Assembly: GCA_964016885.1 (NCBI GenBank)
Contig: OZ024763.1
Span: forward strand, 21,638,001 to 21,702,000
From: Eledone cirrhosa
Lineage: Eukaryota
DNA: 64,000 nt
Direction: 5' to 3'
How positions within the stretch are numbered: the stretch's first letter is position 1; each line of letters starts with the position of its first letter. Below, in pieces: positions 12,875-25,650 of the stretch. The notes beneath the pieces are model-generated. The model saw only the letters and a list, made by a program, of their open reading frames with translations, did not search any database and was not told the DNA's origin. The position numbers and the translations under genes are program-made.

Positions 12875-13225
12875 CCCCTTCGTTAGCCATATTTCTAATG
12901 AAATACGCATCCTGTAAATTTCAATTAATTTTGAAAATAAGAATTTGAAGAGATTTAGTAAAATAGCTTTTTATTATTAACCCTTTTCATGCCATTCAGC
13001 CTGAACCTCCCCTGTTTCTCAGATAAAATTGTCCATTTTAAAGTGTTTGTATCTAAATTAAAACCTCCCAGCATAATTTTATATAAGAACTTTTTTTTTT
13101 AAATTGTTTTAAATATCAGCTTAATGAAAAAATTATTTTATCAAAACACTCATCAATTTCTTGATTATTTTCAACATAAACAGAAAAATATTGTGTATTT
13201 CATGAGAAATGTGGTAATGGAAGGG
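12875..13225. mobile_element. piggyBac-like MITE family 2
   Basis: TTAA-CCCCTTCGTTAGCCATATTTCT ... AGAAATGTGGTAATGGAAGGG-TTAA. Confidence 0.65.
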
Positions 13226-13636
13226 TTAAGCTATTGTCTGGAATATGGTTTCACTAATATGGTTTTACATAAAATTTATTATAGAATCATCGTCTTCATC
13301 ATCATCATCTTCAGCTTTATCATCATAATCATCATCATCATCATCTTCATCATCATTGTCATCATTATTTAATGTCTGTTTTTTCATGCTAGCATAGGTT
13401 AGATGAGTTGTCCCGTTGTGAGACAAGTCAGATCAGGTGACCTTGTCTTGCTCACACAGAACTGTTTCTGGTTAGGTTTCTGTGGTGGGGTGACCTCCCT
13501 AATGCAAACTACATTAACAGCATAAACTGGGCGCTTTTTATCATGACATCAAAATTACCAACTGGCAGGTTGGACTGGGTACTTTTTCATTGTCATTAGC
13601 ATGGACAGGGTGGACCAGGTGTTTTTTGTCATGTCA

Positions 13637-13667
<31 letters not shown>

Positions 13668-13670
<3 letters not shown>

Positions 13671-14155
13671 CGACCTCACACACTTACACCTCACCAAGAC
13701 AATATCACTGGACCGAGACCTTTGGCGGTACTCAGTAATAGAGAAGACCCGCCTTACCTAAGTACAAAGTAAAACCTACTACAGTCAGTAGGCATCTCTA
13801 ACAAAATACACCCCCGTCCCACCACCCCCACCCCATCCACACCGCCCCCTTCTATGTAAAGTTATGTTGGTGCCACAACATCCAGGCCGAAACAAATGAG
13901 ATCGTGTAGATGTCACGACAAAAAAACACACAGTCCACGCTGTAATGTGGCCGTGTAAGCAACACGGTAAAAACCTCCCAGCCCCACACTGTAAATGTGG
14001 TTTGTGTTAGGAAGGGCATCCAACTGTAGAAAACCTGCCAGACAGTCCTATGCGAGCAAGACAATCACTCTTGCCTCAAGTGGGAAAACGCCCGTCCAAA
14101 CCCATGCAAGCGTGGAACACGAACGTTAAACGTTGATGATGATGATGATGATGAT
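13668..14155 (+). mobile_element. RTE-clade LINE 3' end
   Basis: Encodes ...DRDLWRYSVIEKTRLT* (RTE C-terminal motif), then 3' UTR and (GAT)n tail; deleted copy at 14918-15121. Confidence 0.75.
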
Positions 14156-14216
14156 ATAATCAAGTTTTAGCAAATAGAGAAAAAGTTTTAAAAAGTTTAC
14201 TGTACTTACTATATTT

Positions 14217-14300
14217 ACCCTTACCGCGCAGTTTCAAGTCTCAAAATAAATGGATAATCCATGCGGAACACCATTGAGAAGGAGACTTCCATCAGAGGGT
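14217..14300 (-). ncRNA. Hammerhead ribozyme-like motif with long stem II
   Basis: accct-CTGATGG-aagtctc...gagactt-GAAA-ctgcgcgg-TA-agggt; 5-bp stem I, 7-bp stem II base, GUA triplet; one core deviation (A9 to G). Confidence 0.6.
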
Positions 14301-14439
14301 TCTTCTCACTCGGAGAATATAAAATTCCCGAGTTCAAATCATGAACTGTCGCCATACAGAACTGTTCCCGGATGATATATATATATATATATAAAATGGC
14401 GTAGACATTATAGTATAATACAATACAATAAGGGGAAAC

Positions 14440-14900
14440 AATAGTACCAGTGATGATGTTGCAGATGTGTGACGAAAGAACTTTGATAGACTATATATAT
14501 ATATTGCCCATATGGGTTTGTGAGTATTGATTTATTATTTTTTAGATCGTACAGGCAAACTATATGTATTTGAATTAAGATATTTCATTCTAACGATTTT
14601 ATTAGTCAATTGCAACTAAAATATGTAAATGTTTATCAAATATTAATTTATTCTGCTCAGAAGCGATTCTTAGAGCTGAAATAATTGTAAATGACCCCAT
14701 TGAGTGTAAACTCTAAGTTATATTATATTTATATCTATATTTTTAACCGCTGGTCAATCAATGATAAAACATTGATTGCCAAATAAATTAACTATGGAGA
14801 TATAAAAGATACAGAAGCGAAAACCAACCAAACAGTGAGTGTGTTCTGTTATTATTTCTGGCAATATTATAACAATATGACCCTCCCTAAGTATAAGAAT
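14440..14900 (+). mobile_element. Family C (TA)n-inserted repeat in two pieces, probable PLE terminus
   Basis: tgatgatgt...gaaagaactttgatagacta and ...ggcaatattataacaatatgaccctccc recur at 32920-33140, 33945-34115 (reverse), 44130-44288, 54113-54258. Confidence 0.55.
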
Positions 14901-15206
14901 ATATATATATATATATATGCCACAACATCCAGGCCGAAACAAATGAGATCGTGTAGGTGTCACGACAAAAAAACGCAGTCCACGCTGTAATGTGGCCGTG
15001 TAGAAAACCCGCCAGACAGTCCTATGCGAGCAAGACAACCAATCTTGCCTCAAGTGGGAAAACTCCCGTCCAAACCCATGCAAGCGTGGAATATGGACGT
15101 TAAACAATGATGATGATGATATATATATATATGTTTCGTCACTATATATATATATATATAGTGACGAAACATAAGTCAATTGCATGAATTCATAATCCTT
15201 TATTTA

Positions 15207-15260
15207 CTGCTATATATATTTCGATGATAGCCAATGAATGGCTATGACCTCATCAGGCAG
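15207..15260 (-). ncRNA. Type I hammerhead ribozyme motif
   Basis: ctgc-CTGATGA-ggtc-atagcca-ttcat-tggctat-catc-GAAA-tatata-TA-gcag; intact core, palindromic stem III. Confidence 0.65.
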
Positions 15261-15320
15261 ATACTCAGTTCTTAGATATGCCAGGTCTGTGTTTATGGTG
15301 TTGATGGTATCAGAGCCTTG

Positions 15321-15374
<54 letters not shown>

Positions 15375-16108
15375 GAGTTGTGGTATCACTGGAGCCAAGT
15401 TGCATTGACTTTTGTCTTTCCCTTGAACAACATCATATATAGTGTATATATAGTATATATATATAGTGTATATATAATGTATATATATGTTGTGATATCA
15501 TGGAGCCCAGCTGCATCGACCTTGCGTTTCCTTTGAAAAACATATAATGTATATATAGTATATATATATAGTATATATATAATGTATATATAGTATATAT
15601 AGTATATATATATATAATGTATATATAGTATATATATATAATGTATATATATAGTATATATATATATATAATGTATATAGAGTATATATATAATGTATAT
15701 ATAGTATATATAGTATATATATATATAATGTATATATAGTATATATATATATATAATGTATATAGAGTATATATATAATGTATATATAGTATATATATAT
15801 ATTATATATATATAGTATATATATATAATTGTTTCTACTTTTGGCACAAGGCCAGCAATCATCTCAGTGTATTACTGGTACTATATAATGTATATATGAG
15901 TTATGACATATCTAGTGCCAAACTGTATCAGCCATTACCTTTCCCTTGGACAACATTGGTGGCATGGAGAGGGGAGGCCAGTATATATGGGGGACTGCTG
16001 GTTTTCCACAAACAACCTTGCCAAGACATGTACCTCAGAGGGGAACTTTCTAAATGCAATATATCCATTGGTCATTCATAATGAGACGGGGGGGGGGGGT
16101 CTATTTAA

Positions 16109-17198
16109 CCCTTTAGCATTCACATTACTCTATATATACTATTGTATTTTCATGGTAAAGGCTTTACCTCACATAATATCTCGCATAGCATTCACATTAC
16201 TCTATATATACTATTGTATTTTCATGGTAAAGGCTTTACCTCACATAATTATCTCACATAACATTTACATTACTCTATATATACTATTGTATTTTCATGG
16301 TAAAGGCTTTACCTCACATAATATCTCGCATAGCATTCACATTACTCTATATATACTATTGTATTTTCATGGTAAAGGCTTTACCTCACATAATTATCTC
16401 ACATAACATTTACATTACTCTATATATACTATTGTATTTTCATGGTAAAGGCTTTACCTCACATAATTATCTCACATAACATTTACATTACTCTATATAT
16501 ACTATTGTATTTTCATGGTAAAGGCTTTACCTCACATAATTATCTCACATAACATTTACATTACTCTATATATACTATTGTATTTTCATGGTAAAGGCTT
16601 TACCTCACATAATTATCTCACATAACATTTACATTACTCTATATATACTATTGTATTTTCATGGTAAAGGCTTTACCTCACATAATATCTCGCATAGCAT
16701 TCACATTACTCTATATATACTATTGTATTTTCATGGTAAAGGCTTTACCTCACATAATATCTCGCATAGCATTCACATTACTCTATATATACTATTGTAT
16801 TTTCATGGTAAAGGCTTTACCTCACATAATTATCTCACATAACATTTACATTACTCTATATATACTATTGTATTTTCATGGTAAAGGCTTTACCTCACAT
16901 AATATCTCGCATAGCATTCACATTACTCTATATATACTATTGTATTTTCATGGTAAAGGCTTTACCTCACATAATATCTCACATAACATTTACATTACTC
17001 TATATATACTATTGTATTTTCATGGTAAAGGCTTTACCTCACATAATTATCTCACATAATATCGAATCTATGAGATTTTGAAAGTATTTATTTTGAGAAC
17101 AATACCTTAACATCAGTTTGAGCGACCAGTTACAGCCAGTTTCAACAGGGAAAGATAGAGAATTCTGGCTGGTTTTGGCCAGTTTGAACATTAAAGGG
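16109..17198. mobile_element. piggyBac-like MITE family 1 carrying a 72/73-bp tandem array (~13 units, 16115-17060)
   Basis: Left end TTAA-CCCTTTAGCATT, repeated subterminal unit, normal right half ending AAAGGG. Confidence 0.8.
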
Positions 17199-17480
17199 TT
17201 CATCTCTGACTAATAAAGTCTGTCCAGATTAAATCCTCCTGTGTTTACATCATATCAATTTCTTCATTAAAAATTTACTAATAACTTTACCTTGGTTCTT
17301 CAGTTATATAATTTCAACAATTTCATTATCTTAGATTTAGAAACTTCCGAAAAAAAATCTAATTAGCTAATAATATAGTTTAATTATCTGTATCAAAATT
17401 AAAATTGTTATTAATAATAATATTATTATCTTTGTTGTTATTCTAATTTGTTGGTGTTTTCAGACCCAACACCACAATAC

Positions 17481-17534
17481 ATTAACAAGATTGGGTTGTG
17501 TATTATGCGACTTAATTTTAATAACATTGGCAAC
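17481..17534 (-). CDS. Candidate 54-nt exon ((R)[17 protein letters not shown])
   Basis: tatacacag acceptor, GTATTG donor, phase 2 to 2. Confidence 0.5.
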
Positions 17535-17578
17535 CTGTGTATACACACGTGTGTCTAGTATGTGTATATATATGAGTG

Positions 17579-17623
<45 letters not shown>

Positions 17624-17688
17624 GTGTGTGTTGATTTGTGTGTGTATATATATATACATACGTATATATACATATATATATACATACG

Positions 17689-17741
<53 letters not shown>

Positions 17742-17864
17742 GTATATATATACGTATGTATATATATATATGTGTATATATATGTATAAATATGTATGTA
17801 TAAATATGTATGTATAAATATGTATATATATATATATGTATATATATGTGTATCTATATGTATG

Positions 17865-17896
<32 letters not shown>

Positions 17897-18180
17897 TACA
17901 TATATTTATATGCGTATGTATATACATATGTTTATATATGTGTATATACACGCATGTATATATATATATATCATCATCGTTTAATGTGTATCTTCTATGC
18001 TAGCATGTGTGTGTATATATATATGCATGTGTATATATATAAATTCTGTTAAATAATGTTACTCTTTTAGACAGAAAAATATTATAAATAAAAAATATAA
18101 AAAATATAAAATATATTTTTTAAAATATTATCATCAAATGTTTTGCTTCCATAATTGATAAAGTGGTTTGTGTTGTTTAC

Positions 18181-18210
18181 CTGACTCTCCCCCACACCTT
18201 GAGAAATTTG
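18181..18210 (-). CDS. Candidate 30-nt exon ((Y)KFLKVWGRV)
   Basis: CAG/GTAAAC donor, weak aaattag acceptor, phase 2 to 2. Confidence 0.45.
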
Positions 18211-18292
18211 CTAATTTATTTAGTTTTATATATATATACATATATATATATATGTGTATGTATGTATATATGTATAAGTGCATGTATAGATG

Positions 18293-18333
<41 letters not shown>

Positions 18334-18652
18334 GTGTGTGTAAAAAAGAGAAGAATGACTTTACTGGTGGTTGGTGTTCTTTAATAATTCACATCTATAC
18401 AATAAGTCACTATATATATATATATATATACACAGTATATATACATACACATATATATATATATATATTATTATTATTATTATTATTATTAATTTATTAT
18501 TTTTTGTATATTGTTCAGTATTGGTAATTTTAGTATTTATTGTCTTAATATTGATTTATATGTCAATATCTTTAAAGAAAATTCTCTGTCTATTGTATTA
18601 TCTTTAGTCGACTACTTAACAAGATCTTTGATGTTACTGCGAGGTTACTTAC

Positions 18653-18699
18653 TAATCAGGCTCTGAGAATATAAACTTATGATTACCCAGTGAACTTTG
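18653..18699 (-). CDS. Candidate 47-nt exon (QSSLGNHKFIFSEPD)
   Basis: gttaacag acceptor, GTAAGT donor, phase 0 to 2. Confidence 0.55.
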
Positions 18700-18727
18700 C
18701 TGTTAACATAATTTAATGCAACAGCAT

Positions 18728-19200
18728 TAAATAATAACGAAATTTATTGTGTACAGTGCTCAGGTGCACTACAGCTCATCAAAGAATGGAGAGTATTTGT
18801 TTGGTTGCATGTCTCTGAACAGTTTCCAGATCAATATTCTGAGTAAGATAGGGATTCCATACTGGTGATGCAAATTCTAAGTGTGGCCGCACCATAGTTA
18901 TATACAGCTTTAAATAGATAGTTGGAGAGCAGCTGATAAAGGTCTTACTGAGTGATGTTAAGACACCGGCCTTTTTGACAATTTTAGAGATGTGCTTTGT
19001 CCAATGCAAATTGCTGTTGACAATAATACCCATGATACGTTCACAAGAAGACTTCTTGAGATTGGTGTTGTTGGGGGGAGTATGTGAACAGTGGGTTTTT
19101 CCTCCCAAAATGCTTTGAGGTACACTTGTCCACAGCCAGTTTGAGTTGCCAGTCCATAATCCATTGTTGCATTGTGTTCAGGTCTGATTGCAGGAGGAAA
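18728..19200 (-). mobile_element. CR1-group LINE remnant
   Basis: GIIVNSNLHWTKHI...LYITMVRPHLEFASPVWNPY...LETVQRHATK is a CR1-type RT C-terminal region; 3' end gagcactgtacacaa shared with 23220-23508. Confidence 0.8.
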
Positions 19201-19318
19201 GATCTATAGTGCTCTCCTGTAAAGGAAGTTTTAAAAATGTAGAGAAAAAAAGTGGATGTTAAACTGCCACGATGTGATTTGTCAGATTTTGGATATTCAC
19301 AAAGTAGAATTTATTTAA

Positions 19319-19545
19319 ACCTTTAGTATTTAAAGCGGCCATATCTGGCCAGAATTCTCTCACCTCTTCCTGTTCAAACCAGTCATAACCGGGTGCTTAT
19401 ACCAATTTTATGGTATTGTTCTTAAAATAAATAATAACATAATCAAAATCTCATAGATTCGATATTATGTGAGATAATTATTTGAGATAAAGCCTTTACC
19501 ATGAAAATACAAAAGTATATATAGAGTAATGTAAATGCTAAAGGG
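19319..19545. mobile_element. piggyBac-like MITE family 1
   Basis: Same body as 11748-11955; ends AATGCTAAAGGG-TTAA. Confidence 0.7.
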
Positions 19546-20188
19546 TTAAAGAGAAACATAGCAATGTCCCTCATTGGTTGATGAATAGATAAATAATTGT
19601 TTCTACTTTTGGCACAAGGCCAGCTATTACCTCAGTAAATAATGTCTTAGTTTCATTTATGTCTGTGAGTTGTTATCCATAGTCATCTAGGATAGCAGTA
19701 GTTATCATAAAGAGCTACACAAATATATTAATAAATATTAAATACAGCAAACAACTCAGTGTGTGTTTCCATAGTGTGTAGTCTTCTTATAGAGAAGAAG
19801 GAGTGTGAGGGAGAGAGTAAGTAAGATAATAGAGGGAGAGAGAGTCAGTAAGATAATAAAGGGAGAGAGAGAGGGATACAGAGGTAAAAGCTTAAAGAGA
19901 GAGAGGTAAGAGAATAGAGAGAGAAAGAACTAAAAGCTTAAAGAGAGAAAGAGAGAGAGAGAGAAGTAAAAGCATAAAGAGAGAGAAAGAGAGAGAGAAA
20001 GAAATGATAAGAGTGTAAAGAGGAGGGGAAAGAGAGAGGTAAGAAAATAGAGAGAGAGAAGAAAGAAAGAAAGTCCAGTTTAAATAGATAAATAATTGTT
20101 GTTAGGATCATTTAATATCATCTCTCTCTCTCTCTCTCTTTCTCACTACCCCTCCCCACCCCTTTCTCCACCTCCAGTCATCCCCGTC

Positions 20189-20251
<63 letters not shown>

Positions 20252-20304
20252 TCATGTTGTTATCCAGTTAGAGAGAGACATGATATCCAGTTCTCTATAA
20301 TAAC

Positions 20305-20389
20305 CAGTGTGAAATCCTCATTTATCACACTGATACACTCCATTAATAGATTACTGGAGAGATATTGTCCAACAAACAACCCAGCATGT
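20305..20389 (-). CDS. Candidate 85-nt exon ((R)HAGLFVGQYLSSNLLMECISVINEDFTL)
   Basis: Unique island, open frame, AG/GTTATT boundaries, phase 2 to 0. Confidence 0.5.
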
Positions 20390-21217
20390 CTTGTTGTAAT
20401 ATACGCATACACATACACATATATACATACCGAAACACACACATATATATACACATACACATACACACACATACACACATACTCACACACATATACACAT
20501 ATATGTACACACATACACATACACATACCCACACACGCACATTAATGGATATAGACGTACACACATATACAGACTCACATACACAGACACATGCATGTGT
20601 GTCTGTGTCTGTATGTCTGTGTGTGTGTGTATGTGTATGTGTCTATGTATGTGTGTCTGTATATGTCTCTGCATGTATGTGTATATGTCAGTGTGTGTAT
20701 ATATATATGTCTGTACATGTCAGTGTATGTGTACCAGTGTGTGTGTGTGTCTAATTACATGTTAATTATGTATGATATAACAGCCTTATTCTATTGAAAC
20801 CTCTAATTTGAAATTTATAAACTTTTTTATCATAAAATTATAAATTAAAATTTTTTTAAATGGATTATTATTGATTATCTAAATTTAACTTGAAATGTTA
20901 AATTTATGAAACCTTATTAAATTGCATTTTTAATGTACGGTAATTATTTACATAATTAATGTTCGGTTTAAGTGCATCATCATCATCATCATCATCATCA
21001 CCATCATCATCACCATCACCATCATCATCACCATCATCACCATCATCATCACCATCACCATCATCATCACCATCACCATCATCATCATCATTATCGACAT
21101 CATCATCATCGTTGTCATGATCTTCCTCATCATCATCATCTTCAATAGGAATATGATACACCAAAATGGCTGACTGAATATGCATATGTCTAATTTCTTT
21201 CCTTGTCAAGGATACAC

Positions 21218-21259
21218 CGCTGGCATATATTGAGTGCTCTTAGCATCATTTGTTGTAGA
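21218..21259 (-). CDS. Candidate 42-nt exon ((H)LQQMMLRALNICQ)
   Basis: Acceptor ccctgtctctcattatacacag, donor GTGTAT, phase 2 to 2. Confidence 0.5.
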
Positions 21260-21387
21260 CTGTGTATAATGAGAGACAGGGATAGATAAATAGATAGATA
21301 GATAGATAGAGAGAGAGATGGAGAGAGAGAGTGTGTGACAGAAAGAGGGAGAAAATGTCACTCTCATTTAGTAGTAGTAGTAATAAT

Positions 21388-23101
21388 GCTTTCTTTATTG
21401 ACCACAAGGGTTGACACAAAGTATAACATTAAGGACAACACAGGACAATACAGGACAATACAAGACAATACAAGACAATACAGGACAATACAGGACAATA
21501 CAGGACAACACAGGACAACACAGGACAACACAGGACAACACAGGACAACACAGGACGGTACAAGACAATACAGGACAATACAGGACAACACAGGACAACA
21601 CAGGACGGTACAAGACAATACAGGACAATACAGGACAACACAGGACAATACAGGACAACACAGGATGGTAAAAGACAATACAGGACAATACAGGACAACA
21701 CAGGACAACACAGGACAACACAGGACAACACAGGACGGTACAGGACAATACAGGACAACACAGGACGGTACAGGACAACACAGGACAACACAGGACAACA
21801 CAGGACGGTACAGGACAATACAGGACAACACAGGACAACACAGGACAATACAGGACAACACAGGACAACACAGGACAACACAGGACAATACAGGACAACA
21901 CAGGACGGTACAGGACGGTACAGGACAATACAGGACAATACAGGACAATACAGGACAACACAGGACAATACAGGACAACACAGGACGGTACAAGACAATA
22001 CAGGACAACACAGGACAACACAGGACGGTACAGGACAATACAGGACAACACAGGACAACACAGGACGGTACAGGACAATACAGGACAACACAGGACAACA
22101 CAGGACAATACAGGACAACACAGGACAACACAGGACGGTACAGGACAACACAGGACAATACAGGACAACACAGGACAACACAAGACAATACAGGACAACA
22201 CAGGACAACACAGGACAACACAGGACGGTACAGGACAATACAGGACAACACAGGACAACACAGGACGGTACAGGACAACACAGGACAACACAGGACGGTA
22301 CAGGACAACACAGGACAATACAGGACAATACAGGACAACACAGGACAACACAGGACGGTACAGGACAATACAGGACAACACAGGACAATACAGGACAACA
22401 CAGGACAATACAGGACAACACAGGACAACACAGGACAACACAAGACAATACAGGACAACACAGGAGAACACAGGACAATACAGGACAACACAGGACAACA
22501 CAGGACGGTACAAGACAATACAGGACAACACAGGACAATACAGGACAATACTGGACAACACAGGACAACACAGGACAATACAGGACAATACAGGACAACA
22601 CAGGACAATACAGGACAACACAGGACAACACAGGACAATACAGGACAATACAGGACAACACAGGACAACACAGGACAACACAGGACGGTACAGGACAACA
22701 CAGGACAACACAGGACAACACAGGACAATACAGGACGGTACAGAACAATACAGGACAACACAGGACAATACAAATGGGCATTTCTGCGTGTGAAAAAAAA
22801 AAAAAACAGTGTGACAAAAGGAAACAATGAAAAATTCCCAATAGGGGGGAGACTTCCGAGGGTTGCTCGTGGAGAAAGCCCACAAGAAAAGCCCCGGTTA
22901 CCCCGACCGCTAGGGCAAATGCCCTCTTCCAGTTTTCCTCCTACAATGCTACAGGCACACGCTCATGGTAGACCCATTCACACGGGCCATTCTTGCCTCT
23001 CTCACCCACCTTTCAACAAACTGGCTGGAGGTCAGCACTTCCCTCTCCACCCTGATTTTCCTCTTCAGGTGAAACCTGAAAATGTTAATGAGGGCGTCAC
23101 C
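21388..23101 (-). mobile_element. 5'-truncated Tx1-clade LINE with a minisatellite inside its 3' UTR
   Basis: LINIFRFHLKRKIRVEREVL...RWVREARMARVNG matches the ORF2 end of the 26.5-31.1 kb element; AATAAA at 21394-21399; candidate TSD agtagtaataat at 21376-21387 and 23102-23113. Confidence 0.75.
21432..22771. repeat. 10-bp minisatellite (CAGGACAAYA, variant CAGGACGGTA), ~134 units
   Basis: Perfect 10-bp register over 1.34 kb. Confidence 0.95.
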
Positions 23102-23219
23102 AGTAGTAATAATAATAATTGTTTCTACTTTTGGCACAAGGCCAGCAATTATCCCAGTGTATTACTGGTACTTTATTTTATCGACCCCATAAGGATGAAA
23201 GGCAAAGTTAACCTCGGCT

Positions 23220-23508
23220 ATCATAATGATATTTTTTCATGTTCAGAGTTGCTGAAACATGGAACAAACTAGCTGCATCAGTTGTTAGCTGTCGAGACAC
23301 TGCATCCTTCAAAACTTCCAAACTTCCAGTAATTCACCAACACTACACCTGATATTCCTCCTCCATACACACACACACATGTATCTGTGTATATATCATG
23401 ACTCATACACTGTTCACTTCCCTGACATTTGTACATTATTCTATGTACTATACATGCACCTTTGATGTGTTAGTTGTACACCCGAGCACTGTACACAACA
23501 ATTTCATT
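23220..23508 (+). mobile_element. CR1-group LINE 3' end
   Basis: ...FRVAETWNKLAASVVSCRDTASFK resembles the CR1 terminal motif RV..WN.LP..VV.....FK. Confidence 0.65.
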
Positions 23509-23761
23509 CTTAACATTATTATAATAACTAAAATGAAATAAATATCGACATGGGTCAGATAGTTATGCAAATTTTCCCAATTCATTTCAATTCAATGGAA
23601 ACTTCTCTTGAAACTGAAGTCTCAAGAGAGGAAGAGTCAGCACCATGGTAATGTCTTTCACAGATCTATATTTTAGCTTACAGTCAAATATATCTTTCAA
23701 CATAACACACCGTCTATAATGTTATGCTTGTCTACAACACCTCAATTTTAGTGGGGGTTTT

Positions 23762-24835
23762 TCATCATCATCATCATCACCATCATCATTATGTCCACCA
23801 CCATTATCATCATCATAATCATTATCATCATCACCATCCTCTCTATGTCCACCACCATTATCATCATCATCACCATCATCACTATGTCCACCACCATTAT
23901 CATCATCATCATCACCATCATCACTATGTCCACCACCATTATCATCATCATCACCATCATCACCATCATCACTATGTCCACCACCATTATCATCATCACC
24001 ATCATCACTATCTCCACCACCATCATCACCATCACCATCATCACCATCATCACTATGTCCACCACCATTATCATCATCACCATCATCATCACCATCATCA
24101 CTATGTCCACCACCATTATCATCATCATCATCACTATGTCCACCACCATTATCATCATCATCATCACCATCATCACTTTGTCCACCACCATTATCATCAT
24201 CATCACCATCATCACTATGTCCACCACCATTATCATCATCATCATCATCACCATCATCACTATGTCCACCACCATTACCATTATCATCATCATCATCATC
24301 ACCATCATCACTATGTCCACCACCATTATCATCATCATCATCATCACCATCATCACTATGTCCACCACCATTATCATCATCATCATCATCACCATCATCA
24401 CTATGTCCACCACCATTACCATTATCATCATCACCATCATCACCATCATCACTATGTCCACCACCATTATCATCATCATCATCATCACCATCATCACTTT
24501 GTCCACCACCATTATCATCATCATCATCACCATCATCACTATGTCCACCACCATTATCATCATCATCATCATCACCATCATCACTATGTCCACCACCATT
24601 ACCATTATCATCATCACCATCATCACTATGTCCACCACCATTATCATCATCATCACCATCATCACTATGTTCACCACCATTATCATCATCATCACCATCA
24701 TCACCATTATCATCACATCATCATCATCACATCATCATCACCATCATCATCACTATGTCCACCACCATTATCATCACATCATCATCATCATCACATCATC
24801 ATCACCACCACCACCACCACCACCATCATTATTAT
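23762..24835. repeat. Compound (CAT/CAC)n repeat punctuated by TATGTCCACCACCAT every ~35-50 bp
   Basis: Direct inspection. Confidence 0.9.
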
Positions 24836-25428
24836 CGTGTGGAACGACTCCGGCTATCGGCTGAGTCCATAGTGAAGATCGAGCCGCCACCTTCCTTAGG
24901 TCAGGAAGAGCAGGACATTTTCCTCTGTCTGGTGGCAGTTGCGAAAGAGATTATATGGTGGACCAGGTTGAAAGGACTGAAGACAGACACTTTTCTCTTC
25001 GGCCAATCCCTCATCAACTTCTTCAAGTTTCACCTGGAAAGGAGGGTGAGGGTGGAGAGAGAAGTGCTGCCCCCCAGTACATTTGCTGAAAGGTGGGTGA
25101 ATGTGGCGAGAATGGCTCGTGTGAATGGGCCTACTCTGACCATGCGCCTATAGGCTGGCTAACTTGAGGAGAGGGGTGCTCTCCTGGGTGCCCTAGAAGC
25201 ACAGGGTGGTTCAGGATTGGTGGGGTACCTGAAGCACCCCAGGGTCGTACACCCCCTATCGGGGAATTTATTTTGTTATATTTATGCATAGTTTATTTTA
25301 TATTTTTATATTTTCATTGTTAAATTAGTCTTGCCATTGTGCACTTTTACTCGACCTTATTGTAAATCCCCACTGTCCCTGTCTTTGTATTGTCCCCTAC
25401 ATGTCGGCCCTTGTGGCTAATAAATTAA
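24836..25428 (+). mobile_element. 5'-truncated Tx1-clade LINE
   Basis: FLCLVAVAKEIIWWTRLKGL...RWVNVARMARVNGPTLTMRL*, 3' UTR with AATAAA; 11-bp TSD atcattattat at 24825-24835 and 25429-25439. Confidence 0.8.
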
Positions 25429-25454
25429 ATCATTATTATTATTATTGTTTCTTA

Positions 25455-25650
25455 AGGGTGGTGAATTGGCAGTATCGGTAGAGGGTCGGACGCCATGCTT
25501 TCCAGCATAGTTACGTCCCTTTACGATCTGAGTTCAAATCCCGCCGAGGTTGACTTTGCCTTTCATCCTTACGGGGTCAATAAAATAAAGTACCAGTAAT
25601 GCACTGGGTAATTGCTGGCCTTGTGCCTAAAGTAGAAACAATTATTATTA
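25455..25650 (+). mobile_element. tRNA-derived SINE with (ATT)n tail
   Basis: Box A TGGCAGTATCGG, box B GAGTTCAAATC, central gcctttcatccttacggggtcgataaaataaagtaccag; further copies or pieces at ~2700, 23117, 25889, 31550, 35090, 41080, 41210, 47834, 50135, 50773, 56976, 58752, 58966. Confidence 0.8.

Noticed and set aside
16115-17060. Regular arrays as possible CRISPR (also 42.6, 45.4, 62.8 kb)
   Set aside because: Head-to-tail units with no unique spacers, no cas genes, eukaryotic context
21335-23272. 645-aa ORF and Cys/Val-rich antisense ORFs
   Set aside because: Product of a stop-free 10-bp tandem repeat inside a LINE UTR
23724-24872. 382-aa His-rich ORF resembling cephalopod histidine-rich proteins
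   Set aside because: Compound CAT/CAC microsatellite, open in several frames, no unique domain or splice support
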